64,000 nt of DNA from Gracilimonas sp. (GTDB lineage Bacteria; Bacteroidota; Rhodothermia; Balneolales; Balneolaceae). A program made the translations under genes and the position numbers. Shown here in pieces: positions 1-9,220 of the stretch. Position 1 is the stretch's first letter; each line of letters begins with the position of its first letter. The DNA lies in NCBI GenBank assembly GCA_040904925.1, contig JBBDSP010000027.1, positions 13,264-77,263 of the forward strand, read 5' to 3'. The notes beneath the pieces are model-generated. The model had not been told where the DNA came from. It ran no database searches and saw only the letters and a program-made list of their open reading frames with translations.

Positions 1-382
1 AGTTGCGCTCAAACATTTCCTTATCCCCGGCATCAATGGCAGATCCCACTTGCTCAAGTTGAGGGGGAAGCATGGTTTCAAGTAATTCGCTTACATCCAC
101 ATCATCGTCCATGTGATTTCCGTCAATAATGGTCTCTGCCAGCTCTTCAATTTCATGAGCATAAATGTCAGCGAGCTCCCAGTTCTCTTCCATGCCGGCT
201 AAATATAATTTAGCACTGTAGCGTTGCATGAACGACATATGGTAAATTAAAGGAACGGTATCAGTAACATGTTCATCAGAATCCATGTGTTCGCCGGGTT
301 GATGGTTGGGCTGGCACGCAATTCCAATAAATACAAAAGAGGTGATGAGCAAAACAGAAAAGGCTTTTAAAGAATTTTTCAT
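1..382 (-). CDS. Lipoprotein, truncated by the window edge; helical, possibly class II cytochrome c-like
   Basis: Manual translation from ATG at 382: MKNSLKAFSVLLITSFVFIGIAC-QPNHQPGEHMDSDEHV...HMSFMQRYSAKLYLAGMEENWELADIYAHEIEELAETI..., open to position 1. Lipobox-like IAC. A CxxCH motif, if present, lies outside the window. Confidence 0.7.
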   Translation of the reverse strand, partial: MKNSLKAFSVLLITSFVFIGIACQPNHQPGEHMDSDEHVTDTVPLIYHMSFMQRYSAKLYLAGMEENWELADIYAHEIEELAETIIDGNHMDDDVDVSELLETMLPPQLEQVGSAIDAGDKEMFERN

Positions 383-455
383 GATGAGATGTTTCAGATT
401 GATTACTTGTTCTTACAATGCCTAAGTTATTCGCAAACAGTCATACATTCAAATC

Positions 456-1031
456 ATGAAAAAAATAATACTGCTTTTACTCCCATTTTTTGTTTTCGGC
501 TGCGGCAATAGTCCGAATGTGATCGATGATCTCGGAGATACCTCGTTTGAACTGCTTGATCAGGATAGTACCGTGGTTACTTTTCCCGATGACTTTCAGG
601 GTGAGTTTGTGGTGATGGGATTCATTTACACCAACTGCCCCGATATCTGCTCACTGATCACCCAAAACCTGGTTCGCATCCAGAAAGAAATGGATTACCC
701 CGATGATGTCCATTTTATTGCCGCAACCTTTGATCCGGAAAGGGATACCCCTTCAACCCTGAAGAAGTACGGGAATGCTTTTAACGTGAATGAGAATTTC
801 ACCTTTTTGACAGGAGATTCTGCTGAGGTTTTTGAAATGATGGACAGTGTTCGTGTTCGAAGTCAGATCTCGTTTACCGATACCACTGATGATGGACAAG
901 AGCTGTACTTCATCAATCACTCTGATAAGATCATGGTACTTGACAAGCAGTCACGTGTGATCTTTGAATACGGTGGAAGTCAGCCTATGATCCCAAATAT
1001 TGTGATCGAAGATTTAAACAAAGTGCGATGA
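456..1031 (+). CDS. SCO1/SenC family copper chaperone lipoprotein
   Basis: FIYTNCPDIC (CxxxC), DPERDTP, downstream His (INHS), lipobox FGC. Confidence 0.95.
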   Translation: MKKIILLLLPFFVFGCGNSPNVIDDLGDTSFELLDQDSTVVTFPDDFQGEFVVMGFIYTNCPDICSLITQNLVRIQKEMDYPDDVHFIAATFDPERDTPSTLKKYGNAFNVNENFTFLTGDSAEVFEMMDSVRVRSQISFTDTTDDGQELYFINHSDKIMVLDKQSRVIFEYGGSQPMIPNIVIEDLNKVR

Positions 1032-1480
1032 AATTATTCAGACATGTTACATTTTTGGCTGTTTTAGGAGTCATGATCTCTTGCGAATCGGAACAAAGAA
1101 ATGTTGAAGGTAAAGCTGAGGGAACAGGCGAAGAGATAGAAAATAGGGTTCGTCCTGCTTCATCAGGTGGAACGAGTGCCGCCTACTTCAGCTATATAAA
1201 TTCACTGGATAATGCGGATACGCTGATAGCTGTAAACAGTGAAATTGCAGGCTTAACACAAGTTCATGAAGCCTATGAAACAGAAGATGGAATGATGGGA
1301 ATGCGAGAACAGAAACAAGTTATAGTGGCATCAGGAGAAGAAATTATTTTTGAACAAGGCGGGCTGCACATTATGTTGATGAGGCTGGAACAAGATCTTA
1401 AAGAAGGTGATTCTGTTCGTGTTGACCTGGAGTTTGCCCGGGCAGGAATGGTATCAAAAATGCTTCCGGTTAACCCATAA
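1028..1480 (+). CDS. Copper chaperone PCu(A)C
   Basis: HEAYETEDGMMGM...GGLHIML Cu(I)-binding motif; overlaps the SCO stop (ATGA). Confidence 0.92.
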   Translation: MKLFRHVTFLAVLGVMISCESEQRNVEGKAEGTGEEIENRVRPASSGGTSAAYFSYINSLDNADTLIAVNSEIAGLTQVHEAYETEDGMMGMREQKQVIVASGEEIIFEQGGLHIMLMRLEQDLKEGDSVRVDLEFARAGMVSKMLPVNP

Positions 1481-1493
1481 AATATAGCTGAAA

Positions 1494-1530
1494 TAAAAAA
1501 AGGCTGCCGGTTTTAAACGACAGCCTTCAT
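1494..1530. terminator. Hairpin between convergent genes
   Basis: AAGGCTG...CAGCCTT stem preceded by an A-tract. Confidence 0.6.
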
Positions 1531-1545
1531 CACTTAATCTTCAGC

Positions 1546-3060
1546 TTACTGAATAGTAAACTGAACCATCACAATATTGTCCATCTCATCGAATGCGGGA
1601 GGATCATCTGATCCTTGAGAACCATCAAAGTCGTAAGAACCGATGGTGCCGTTATCAATGTGGAGCATAGCCCACACTTTGTCGCCTGATTCAAGGGTTT
1701 CACCTTCATCAAGTGTAATTTCAAGGTCGGTGTTGTTACCCAGGTAAACTTGTCCGTGTCCGATACTTGCAGGTACAACCGGCGCATCACTTCCGTTATC
1801 ACGGTGAAGTACTACAAAGCCGATCTGCTCAGCCATAGTTTCGGAAATGGTTAAGGTTCCATTGTCCACTGCCTGATCGTTTGCTGTTACAGCAGAAGCA
1901 GAGCCGCTGACCGTAATATTTGTCATAAGGATACCATCAGCAGTTACTACCGGTTGGTCGTGCGGACCAACGCCATCAAACTCATAGGTTCCTTTTTCGC
2001 CCGTGTCAAAGTGAACCATTGGCCATAATTGCTCGCTATCTTCAACGACTTCGCCGTCATTAAACGTGATCTCAACATCAGTGTTCATTCCGGCTTCGAT
2101 AGGAGCTTTACCTATAATCTCAGGAATCTGTGGTCCGTCATTGGTTTCATTAGAGCGGTGAACTACAACCCAGCTATCTGTATCAGATTCTACATCAACA
2201 GTGATAGAATTATTCATTACGGTTTGGTCGTTGGCTGTCAGGCTTGATGTATTTTCAAGCACGGTAAATGATTCCAGAACGATTCCGCCTTCAAAGAACA
2301 CCGGAAGGTCTAAACCGTTACCACCATCAAATTCATAGGCTCCGATCTCGCCGGTATCATAATGAAGCATTGGGAAGAGATTGTCTCCGACTTCAACAGT
2401 TTCGCCTTCGTTAAGAATGATCTCAACATCTCCATTCATTCCTGAATTTACAGGAGCTTTTCCGATTATTTCAGGGATCTGAGGCCCGTCGTTTGTTTCA
2501 TTTGGTCCATGAATTACGATCCATCCATCTTCAGCGGCATCTACAGAAAGGGTAAATATGTTACCCTGGTTAACCTGATCTGCAACGGTAATGGCAGGGT
2601 CAGTTTGGCTGATCATGAATGAGGTCATAACGATCTCCTCCTCAAAAGTCACGGGATTATCCAGGCCATTTTCCCCATCAAATTCATAGGTGTCGATCTC
2701 GCCGGTATCTTCGTGAAGCATCGCCCAGAGGGTCTCGTCATTGGCTACACCTTCCTCAAGCTGAATGCTTACATCAGAATTAGCGCCCATTTCTACGGCC
2801 GCTTTCCCGATTATTTCAGGAACCTGAGGCCCGTCATTACTTTCGTTAGAACGGTGTATGACAACCCATCCGTCTTCGGGAGAATCTACGCTGGATATTA
2901 CAACCTGATTTCCATCAGCAGTTCCTTGAGTATTGGCTTCAACAGAAGGTATATCTTCTTCCGAGATCGTCTCTCCGGAAGAGTTATTATCATTGCTACA
3001 GGCTGCAAAGCTAAATGCAGAAGCAACAAGTAAAATGAATAGTTTATTTAAAGATTTCAT
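1546..3060 (-). CDS. Acidic lipoprotein with four tandem ~115-aa repeats (DUF7282-like)
   Basis: Lipobox AAC; four repeats of GWVVIH...PEIIGKA...LWAMLHxDTGE..YEFDG; family name is from recall. Confidence 0.8.
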   Translation of the reverse strand: MKSLNKLFILLVASAFSFAACSNDNNSSGETISEEDIPSVEANTQGTADGNQVVISSVDSPEDGWVVIHRSNESNDGPQVPEIIGKAAVEMGANSDVSIQLEEGVANDETLWAMLHEDTGEIDTYEFDGENGLDNPVTFEEEIVMTSFMISQTDPAITVADQVNQGNIFTLSVDAAEDGWIVIHGPNETNDGPQIPEIIGKAPVNSGMNGDVEIILNEGETVEVGDNLFPMLHYDTGEIGAYEFDGGNGLDLPVFFEGGIVLESFTVLENTSSLTANDQTVMNNSITVDVESDTDSWVVVHRSNETNDGPQIPEIIGKAPIEAGMNTDVEITFNDGEVVEDSEQLWPMVHFDTGEKGTYEFDGVGPHDQPVVTADGILMTNITVSGSASAVTANDQAVDNGTLTISETMAEQIGFVVLHRDNGSDAPVVPASIGHGQVYLGNNTDLEITLDEGETLESGDKVWAMLHIDNGTIGSYDFDGSQGSDDPPAFDEMDNIVMVQFTIQ

Positions 3061-3194
3061 AATTAAGTGTGTTTTTTATTGTTTTTATTTGCTTGTTGTC
3101 TGTGATTACGAAAGCTTCATGGAAGCAGATTGGATTTTTTTAATTTTTTGTATGAAGCCAGATCCCGAAATAATCAGTAGTTATAAAGCGGTAA

Positions 3195-3830
3195 ATGCAT
3201 AGATCTAATAAAGACATTCAGAAAACGACCGAATCGTATAATCGTCAGGCAAAAAATTATGAGAGGAAATGGGCCAACTATTTATCTCACACCCACCAAA
3301 GGCTTCTTGATATATTTGATTGTGAAGCTGGGGATCGTATCCTTGATGTGAGTGCAGGTACTGGTTTGTTTGCTAGAAAACTCCTTGAAACCGAATCACC
3401 GTTCTCTGAAATGATTCTTAATGATGTTTCAGATGATATGTTAAAGATCGCAAGGCACCGGTTTGAAGATCATACCGGAATCATATTTTCGGAGTATCCG
3501 GCTGAAAAGCTCGGCTTTGATAACCAAAGCTATGACAGCGTGATCTCGCTGAATGCACTTCATAATTATAATGATCAACAAAAGGCTTTAGCTGAGATTT
3601 GCAGAGTATTAAAGCCGGGCGGAAATTTCTATTTGTTAGATTGGAACCGTAAAGGAATGTTCAGTCTGATCAATTACTGTATCGATCTTTTTTCTAATGA
3701 AGTTATCCAGACAAAGAACGCAGATGAAGTTAGAAAGGCAGTAAATAGGCTATCATTTGAGATCTCTTACGTGAAAGAATGGAGATATAGCTACTGGAAT
3801 TTTTTTCTCTTTAAGATCAGGAAAAAATAA
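3195..3830 (+). CDS. Class I SAM-dependent methyltransferase (UbiE/Methyltransf_11-like)
   Basis: ILDVSAGTG motif I, RVLKPGG motif. Confidence 0.9.
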   Translation: MHRSNKDIQKTTESYNRQAKNYERKWANYLSHTHQRLLDIFDCEAGDRILDVSAGTGLFARKLLETESPFSEMILNDVSDDMLKIARHRFEDHTGIIFSEYPAEKLGFDNQSYDSVISLNALHNYNDQQKALAEICRVLKPGGNFYLLDWNRKGMFSLINYCIDLFSNEVIQTKNADEVRKAVNRLSFEISYVKEWRYSYWNFFLFKIRKK

Positions 3831-4038
3831 AAAGCCCCGATCGGTCAGGATCAGGGCTTTGAGTTATTCGGAGTATATGCTAATCATAGTACTCAGCATA
3901 TCTATTAATACGTAAGCAAGAACGGATTGGATTGGACACATATTTCTTGAACTGAGTTTAATTTATTTCAGTTTTTTAGGAAGAAACGGGAATGAAAAAA
4001 TTAGAGCGTTCCAGAGCTAAAAGAATATCGTTTCAAAT

Positions 4039-4078
4039 AAAAAAAGCCCGATACGAAGTTAAGTTCATATCGGGCTGA
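4039..4078 (-). terminator. Intrinsic terminator of the M14 peptidase gene
   Basis: AGCCCGATA...TATCGGGCT stem, T-tract on the minus strand. Confidence 0.7.
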
Positions 4079-4097
4079 TGGTTATCAGAATATGTAG

Positions 4098-6026
4098 TTA
4101 CTCTTCGGTGGGAGGATCTCCTAACTCGATATCTTCTTCTATATATCCACCGCGTGTGGATAGAATTTTAACCGTGCCTCTCGCTCCGCTAATTCCATTG
4201 AGCTGAACTTCAAAGACCGCTTCCTTAGATTCTCCGGCATCAGTATAACCGGCATAGATCGTTTTGTCGTACAACTCAGGAGTAATGATCTTGAGCTTGG
4301 CATCCTCATAGCCTTTGGTCAGCTCTGAATCAAAACCGAGTTGAATGCGGTCTTCTTGTACTATTTTAACCAACTGTGCTTGTTTCAGTGCTACCGGTAG
4401 ATTTCCGGTGTTGGTCCAGTTTACAGAAATTCTGTAGGTATCACTTTCAGTTTGCTCAATATCGATCTCATCAAGTGTGATCTGAGGCAATTCTTTGGCC
4501 ATAAGAAGGTTGAACAAAGCTTGCTTTTCAGCCCATCGCTCAAGTTGCCATGGCGGGCCGTTTTGACTGAAGAATTTTGGATGAAATCCACCGATCTCTA
4601 CTTCACCAAGATCAGGATGATCAAATTTTGTCCACGCTTTAAAACCACGACTTTCATTTTCTTCATCATCCCAGCGCAGGGCATCATAATCATCATAAAT
4701 GCCATCTTCATTATAGTCTTTCATTGCGCCGTTATTCCAAAGCTCATCGCCATACCATATAGAACCAAAGTAGAAATAACCGAAATCGGGTCCGTGCCCA
4801 AATAAAGGACTTGGCTTTGAAGGATCTCCGGTCACTCTGTTGGTTGGGTAGCGAGTCATGTAGGTTTCATACACATCACCGGCCCAAGGGTAATCGGTGA
4901 TCTCAAGTCCCAGGCGGTCATATTTTTCATAAAGAGCCAGGTCGTCAGGGTACATTCGCTCTTCACTTTTAGAGGTAGAAGGAGGGCGAAGGTGCATAGG
5001 AACGCGGGTATCCATGGAATTTACCACTGAGATATTTGGGTGTGTGAGCATCCACATAACTACCGATTTTGATTCCGGTTCACTAAGCGGATAATCACCG
5101 GCACCGTATTGGGTGTGTCCGCGCCCGGTCAGATCTCGGCCAATATCAGGCCTCCAGTTCTCTGCATAATTTCGGTGAAGGTCTAATCCTCCAATGCCAT
5201 CTTCATTGATGTCACCATCGCCGTCGTTATCAACGCCTTCAGAGTAAACCAGCCATTCTCCTTTACCGGGAAGTACGCGCTTCATCAGTCGGCCTTCAGG
5301 ATCACGAGGATCAATGATGTAATTTGCTTCGTCCACTTCATCAGGACCGGCTTTCTTACGTATGTCATAAATGATGCCATCACCGTCAAGGTCTTCGGGA
5401 GAATCTTCATCAAGCAAGCCATCCCGGTCGTTGTCATGAGGGCGGACAGAGCTACGATTAGCTTGCGCCGTGTAGAGATAGAGGTTTGATCCGTCCGGAT
5501 TATTCTGCGGACGAAGGTAAATAGCTTTTGTATCTATAAGTTCTGTGATCTCAGGGTCTTTACCATAATTTTCCAGGAGGTGTTTGGTGAGCCATAAAAT
5601 CGATTCACTGCTTGTGATCTCCCCGCTGTGCCGTCCACCCTCGAAGTAGGCCGCGGGTTTGTCGGTATGTTTTCCTGTTTCTTTATTAGTGATGGTCATT
5701 TGCAGGACAGGTCTGCCTTCAAAGCTTTTGGTTACCTCATACAATTCCACAATATCAGGATACTCTTCTGCCCAGCGCTCATACCAGGTGTACATTGTGT
5801 TAACAGTGTGATAGGTGTCGAAGGTGAGTTCATCTCCTGCTTCATACTCTACTTCCGGAAAACGATGCTGTTCAAAAAAGCTGATCCCATGCCTTTCGCC
5901 GCCAACGGTGTACATGGTGGTGTCAGATTCCGGCCATTCAGGTTGGTCTAAAGGAGTATAATTTTGAGCAAAAGCCTGGGTAAATGTCCCCAGAATAAAA
6001 AGAAGTGCGATCCCAATATTCTTCAT
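4098..6026 (-). CDS. Secreted M14 family zinc carboxypeptidase-like protein
   Basis: Signal peptide; GGRHSGE (HxxE), NPDG, DLHRNY, PLSEPES motifs. Confidence 0.88.
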   Translation of the reverse strand: MKNIGIALLFILGTFTQAFAQNYTPLDQPEWPESDTTMYTVGGERHGISFFEQHRFPEVEYEAGDELTFDTYHTVNTMYTWYERWAEEYPDIVELYEVTKSFEGRPVLQMTITNKETGKHTDKPAAYFEGGRHSGEITSSESILWLTKHLLENYGKDPEITELIDTKAIYLRPQNNPDGSNLYLYTAQANRSSVRPHDNDRDGLLDEDSPEDLDGDGIIYDIRKKAGPDEVDEANYIIDPRDPEGRLMKRVLPGKGEWLVYSEGVDNDGDGDINEDGIGGLDLHRNYAENWRPDIGRDLTGRGHTQYGAGDYPLSEPESKSVVMWMLTHPNISVVNSMDTRVPMHLRPPSTSKSEERMYPDDLALYEKYDRLGLEITDYPWAGDVYETYMTRYPTNRVTGDPSKPSPLFGHGPDFGYFYFGSIWYGDELWNNGAMKDYNEDGIYDDYDALRWDDEENESRGFKAWTKFDHPDLGEVEIGGFHPKFFSQNGPPWQLERWAEKQALFNLLMAKELPQITLDEIDIEQTESDTYRISVNWTNTGNLPVALKQAQLVKIVQEDRIQLGFDSELTKGYEDAKLKIITPELYDKTIYAGYTDAGESKEAVFEVQLNGISGARGTVKILSTRGGYIEEDIELGDPPTEE

Positions 6027-6154
6027 GTCAAATAAGAGTTGGTGAAAATTTAATAACTGTAAGTAATGTAATGTATTACAGTCAAAAATTTCGACCTGTT
6101 AAATATTGTTACAGCGAAGAGAGGGAAAGTGGGATTTAAAAAGTCAGAAACAGA

Positions 6155-6571
6155 TTACAAATATTCTACAACTGCGGTTATTGAGCCCTGATAGTGCCCG
6201 TCTAAAGATTGGCTGTTTTTGACCTTGCCATTAACAGAAATATCGTGCTGACCTGACTCATGGCTCTGCTTGTCAACACTTAGAGATTCAAGCTCTATGA
6301 TCTCACCAAACTCATTCTTGATAACTGAGTTTTCCTCAATATGGACACTAATGTCGGTTCCGGGAGCAGATACTAAAGAAAAGGAACCGGCTTTAATAGT
6401 GTTGCTTAAGTTTTCTGATTTAAGATCTATTACAGCGTCTTCCATAAGAGTGAATCCTGCGCCGCTAATGATCTCAACTTTAGCTTGCATGACAGCTGCT
6501 ACCTGTGCATTTGTTGAATAAGAAAAGCCGGTAACTAAAAGGGTCAGTATGGAAAGTATTAGTGTTTTCAT
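6155..6571 (-). CDS. Small secreted beta-rich protein (DUF4402/fimbrial-subunit-like)
   Basis: Signal peptide, AKVEII N-terminal strand, C-terminal GHYQGSITAVVEYL. Confidence 0.55.
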   Translation of the reverse strand: MKTLILSILTLLVTGFSYSTNAQVAAVMQAKVEIISGAGFTLMEDAVIDLKSENLSNTIKAGSFSLVSAPGTDISVHIEENSVIKNEFGEIIELESLSVDKQSHESGQHDISVNGKVKNSQSLDGHYQGSITAVVEYL

Positions 6572-6603
6572 GAGTTTCTTTGTTTTTTAACTCACAAGTA
6601 ATT

Positions 6604-6637
6604 TATTAAAATATTTTAATATTAAAAAATCTTAATA
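6604..6637. promoter_or_regulatory. Two adjacent TATTAA-N6-TTAATA palindromes
   Basis: TATTAAAATATTTTAATA (6604-6621) and TATTAAAAAATCTTAATA (6620-6637), just upstream of the start at 6571. Confidence 0.45.
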
Positions 6638-6756
6638 ATTAGGATTTCGCACTAATCTACCCTTTGGTGTCTAAATTGTGCTTTTAAATTGGTGTAGGAA
6701 GGATTATTTACATTTATTAGAAATTAGAGGGTTCTAATAAAAAAGCTAAAAGCATA

Positions 6757-6784
6757 AAAAAAGCCTCCATTTGGAGGCTTTTTT
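6757..6784. terminator. Bidirectional-type intrinsic terminator
   Basis: AAAAAAAGCCTCC-ATTT-GGAGGCTTTTTT. Confidence 0.8.
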
Positions 6785-6800
6785 AGAAAATTATAAACTT

Positions 6801-7298
6801 TTAGAGTCGAAAGAATCTTTTCAGTTTAATCCGTTTTGCTCTCTTTCTAAGTCTGGTAAGTAATTCTTTTTCTAATCCCAGCTTCTGTGGGTCTAATTCA
6901 ATTTCTGCAAAGAGATCATCTGAATTCAACACGCCTAGATGCTTAATGAAGGTATTGAGGTGTGAACGTAAATACTTCTTTCTATTTTTATCGAGAATAT
7001 CAATGATCTCTTCCCATTTCTGTGGTTTTACGGAACACTCAATTCCAAGCCCGATGGCATCGGTGTCATCGGGACTGTTCAGACAAATTTCTAGCTGAAG
7101 TTCCAGACTTTGTGGAAGAGGGTCCGGACGAAGCAATTTTGGTCCTTTATGTTCCTTAAAGCCTTTTGGGAAAAAGCTCTTCCAAAGCTCACCTGTAGAT
7201 GGATCGTGATAAAAGACTTCAAAAGTGTCCATGTTCTTTCGAACAGGTACCATGTCTTTAATACGCTCAATTTGTCTCTTGTTGTTGAGGATATACAT
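6801..7298 (-). CDS. Hypothetical protein
   Basis: 165-aa ORF followed by a terminator; no recognised motif. Confidence 0.7.
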   Translation of the reverse strand: MYILNNKRQIERIKDMVPVRKNMDTFEVFYHDPSTGELWKSFFPKGFKEHKGPKLLRPDPLPQSLELQLEICLNSPDDTDAIGLGIECSVKPQKWEEIIDILDKNRKKYLRSHLNTFIKHLGVLNSDDLFAEIELDPQKLGLEKELLTRLRKRAKRIKLKRFFRL

Positions 7299-7378
7299 AA
7301 TATTGGGGTCTTAACAATATGTACTTTTAGTATTCCTAAAAGTTCCTTGTAGATGATTTACTCTAAATTACACAGATA

Positions 7379-7396
7379 TATTAAGAATTCTTAATA
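7379..7396. promoter_or_regulatory. Perfect 18-bp palindrome TATTAAGAATTCTTAATA
   Basis: Same TATTAA-N6-TTAATA pattern, ~80 bp upstream of the start at 7298. Confidence 0.45.
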
Positions 7397-7440
7397 CGAA
7401 TAATTCAAGTAATACTTAGTAAAGCTGAAACTGCATAAAA

Positions 7441-7470
7441 AAAGGGGACGTTAGTACTAACGTCCCCTTT
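7441..7470 (-). terminator. tRNA-Pro terminator (perfect 30-bp palindrome)
   Basis: AAAGGGGACGTTAGT|ACTAACGTCCCCTTT, followed by a T-tract on the minus strand. Confidence 0.8.
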
Positions 7471-7479
7471 ATTGAATTG

Positions 7480-7553
7480 TCGGGGCGACAAGATTTGAAC
7501 TTGCGACCTCTCGACCCCCAGCCGAGCGCTCTACCTAGCTGAGCCACGCCCCG
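7480..7553 (-). tRNA. tRNA-Pro(GGG)
   Basis: Reverse complement CGGGGCGTGGCTCAGCTAGGTAGAGCGCTCGGCTGGGGGTCGAGAGGTCGCAAGTTCAAATCTTGTCGCCCCGA folds as a cloverleaf with anticodon GGG. Confidence 0.97.
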
Positions 7554-7597
7554 ATCAATGAACGCTAAAGATACGCATCATTCACAGCAAAACTCAA

Positions 7598-7996
7598 TCA
7601 TTTCTTAGTCTGACATAACTCTACCAAAACCCCATGATTATCTTTAGGGTGGATGAAAGCAACCAGCTTATTATCGGCTCCGTCTTTTGGTTCTTCATTT
7701 AAAACAGTGAATCCTTCTTTGCGTAGACGTTCTAATTCGGCGTGAATGTCATCGACCTCAAAAGCTACATGATGAAGACCTTCACCCTTTTTTTCTACAT
7801 ATTTGGCGATCACAGAATCATCATCGGTTGGACCTAAAAGTTCAACTTTTGATTCTCCGGTTTGAAAAAAAACCGTTTCAACTTTCTCGGATTCAACGAT
7901 CTCTGTTTTAGTTGGTGAGCTGTTAAGAATTTTTGAATAGGTTTCAGTGGCAGTCTTAATATCTTTGACGGCAATGCCAATGTGATCGATATGCAT
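7598..7996 (-). CDS. mce: Methylmalonyl-CoA epimerase (VOC fold)
   Basis: IDHIGIAV, KVELL, GEGLHHVAFEVDDI, FIHPK..GVLVELCQ. Confidence 0.93.
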   Translation of the reverse strand: MHIDHIGIAVKDIKTATETYSKILNSSPTKTEIVESEKVETVFFQTGESKVELLGPTDDDSVIAKYVEKKGEGLHHVAFEVDDIHAELERLRKEGFTVLNEEPKDGADNKLVAFIHPKDNHGVLVELCQTKK

Positions 7997-8137
7997 ATGA
8001 AGGGTAATTAAAGTTAGTGTTTGGTTTGTAAGATGAATTGAATAAGCTGAATACTAAGATCTAAACATTTTATCAGTGCATTGAGTATAATTGCCCAAAA
8101 ATGAGCATCAATTATTTAGTCATTCAAGGAAAATAAA

Positions 8138-9220
8138 ATGGCACATCACCCATTAAAATCCAAGGATTCTTATCCCTTTTGGTTGAAGTCTTCCCTCATA
8201 TTAATCGGGTTGACCCTGCTTGTTTTAATCATGAGTTATGGAAAGTTCATAATCATGCCATTGGCGTTTTCGGCATTTTTTGCCATGCTTTTGAATCCCC
8301 TCGTTAAGATCTTTGAGAAAGGAAAACTTGGGAGAGTCTTCAGCATTATCTTAACACTATTGGTTGTAATTATTGTAGTGGCAGGTATCTTAACTCTTAT
8401 TTCTGCTCAATTCATACAGTTTTCAGAACGAATTCCGGAAGTCACCGAGAAGCTGAAAACTGTTTCAACAGATGCAATCGTATTCCTGGAGGAAAGAGTC
8501 GGTATCTCCCAAGAAGAACAAACTGAATATTTGCAGCAGGGAATCAATAACCTGATCGACCAAAGCGGAAATTATGCCAGCTCTATTGTCAGCGCAACGA
8601 CCAATGCTTTTACGCTGATGACCTTGATGCCAATCTTCATCTTTTTTATGCTGTACTATCAGGAAATGTTCAGGACCTTTTTTCAAAAATTATTTGAAGT
8701 AAAAGGCACCAGCTCAAAAGTAGATAAACTGCTCGACAGGATACAAGGGGTAACACAAAGTTATCTGGTGGGGATGTTGTCAGTGATTGGAATTTTAGCT
8801 GTTCTAAATACAACCGGTTTGTTTATAGTGGGCTTAGATCATGCGCTGTTCTTTGGTGTTTTTGCATCTCTGCTGGCCATTATCCCATACATTGGTATTA
8901 TAATAGGTGCATTGCCTCCTGTACTTTTTGCTTTGCTTCTGACAGATTCACTGCTTACCCCGGTTTTTGTGATTGCTGTATTTGCTACCGTGCAATTTTT
9001 GGAGGGAAATTTCATAACGCCAAGAATAATTGGTTCAAAGGTATCCATAAATCCATTTGTAGCGATTATTGCACTGATCATAGGGGGAGAATTATGGGGA
9101 ATTTCGGGAATGATTTTGTTCGTTCCATTGATTGGTATCCTAAAAGTGATATTTGATCAGGTTCCGGAAATGAAACCTTATGGATATATTTTAGGGAATA
9201 ATGTGAAATACAATGAATAA
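8138..9220 (+). CDS. AI-2E (PerM) family transporter
   Basis: Multi-TM; IPYIG, QFLEGNFITPRIIG, GGELWGISGMILFVP. Confidence 0.92.
   Translation: MAHHPLKSKDSYPFWLKSSLILIGLTLLVLIMSYGKFIIMPLAFSAFFAMLLNPLVKIFEKGKLGRVFSIILTLLVVIIVVAGILTLISAQFIQFSERIPEVTEKLKTVSTDAIVFLEERVGISQEEQTEYLQQGINNLIDQSGNYASSIVSATTNAFTLMTLMPIFIFFMLYYQEMFRTFFQKLFEVKGTSSKVDKLLDRIQGVTQSYLVGMLSVIGILAVLNTTGLFIVGLDHALFFGVFASLLAIIPYIGIIIGALPPVLFALLLTDSLLTPVFVIAVFATVQFLEGNFITPRIIGSKVSINPFVAIIALIIGGELWGISGMILFVPLIGILKVIFDQVPEMKPYGYILGNNVKYNE

Noticed and set aside
3195-3830. Methyltransferase as the missing ArsM
   Set aside because: It lacks the ArsM-type GCGNP and SNCV motifs, is short, and lies 27 kb from arsS.
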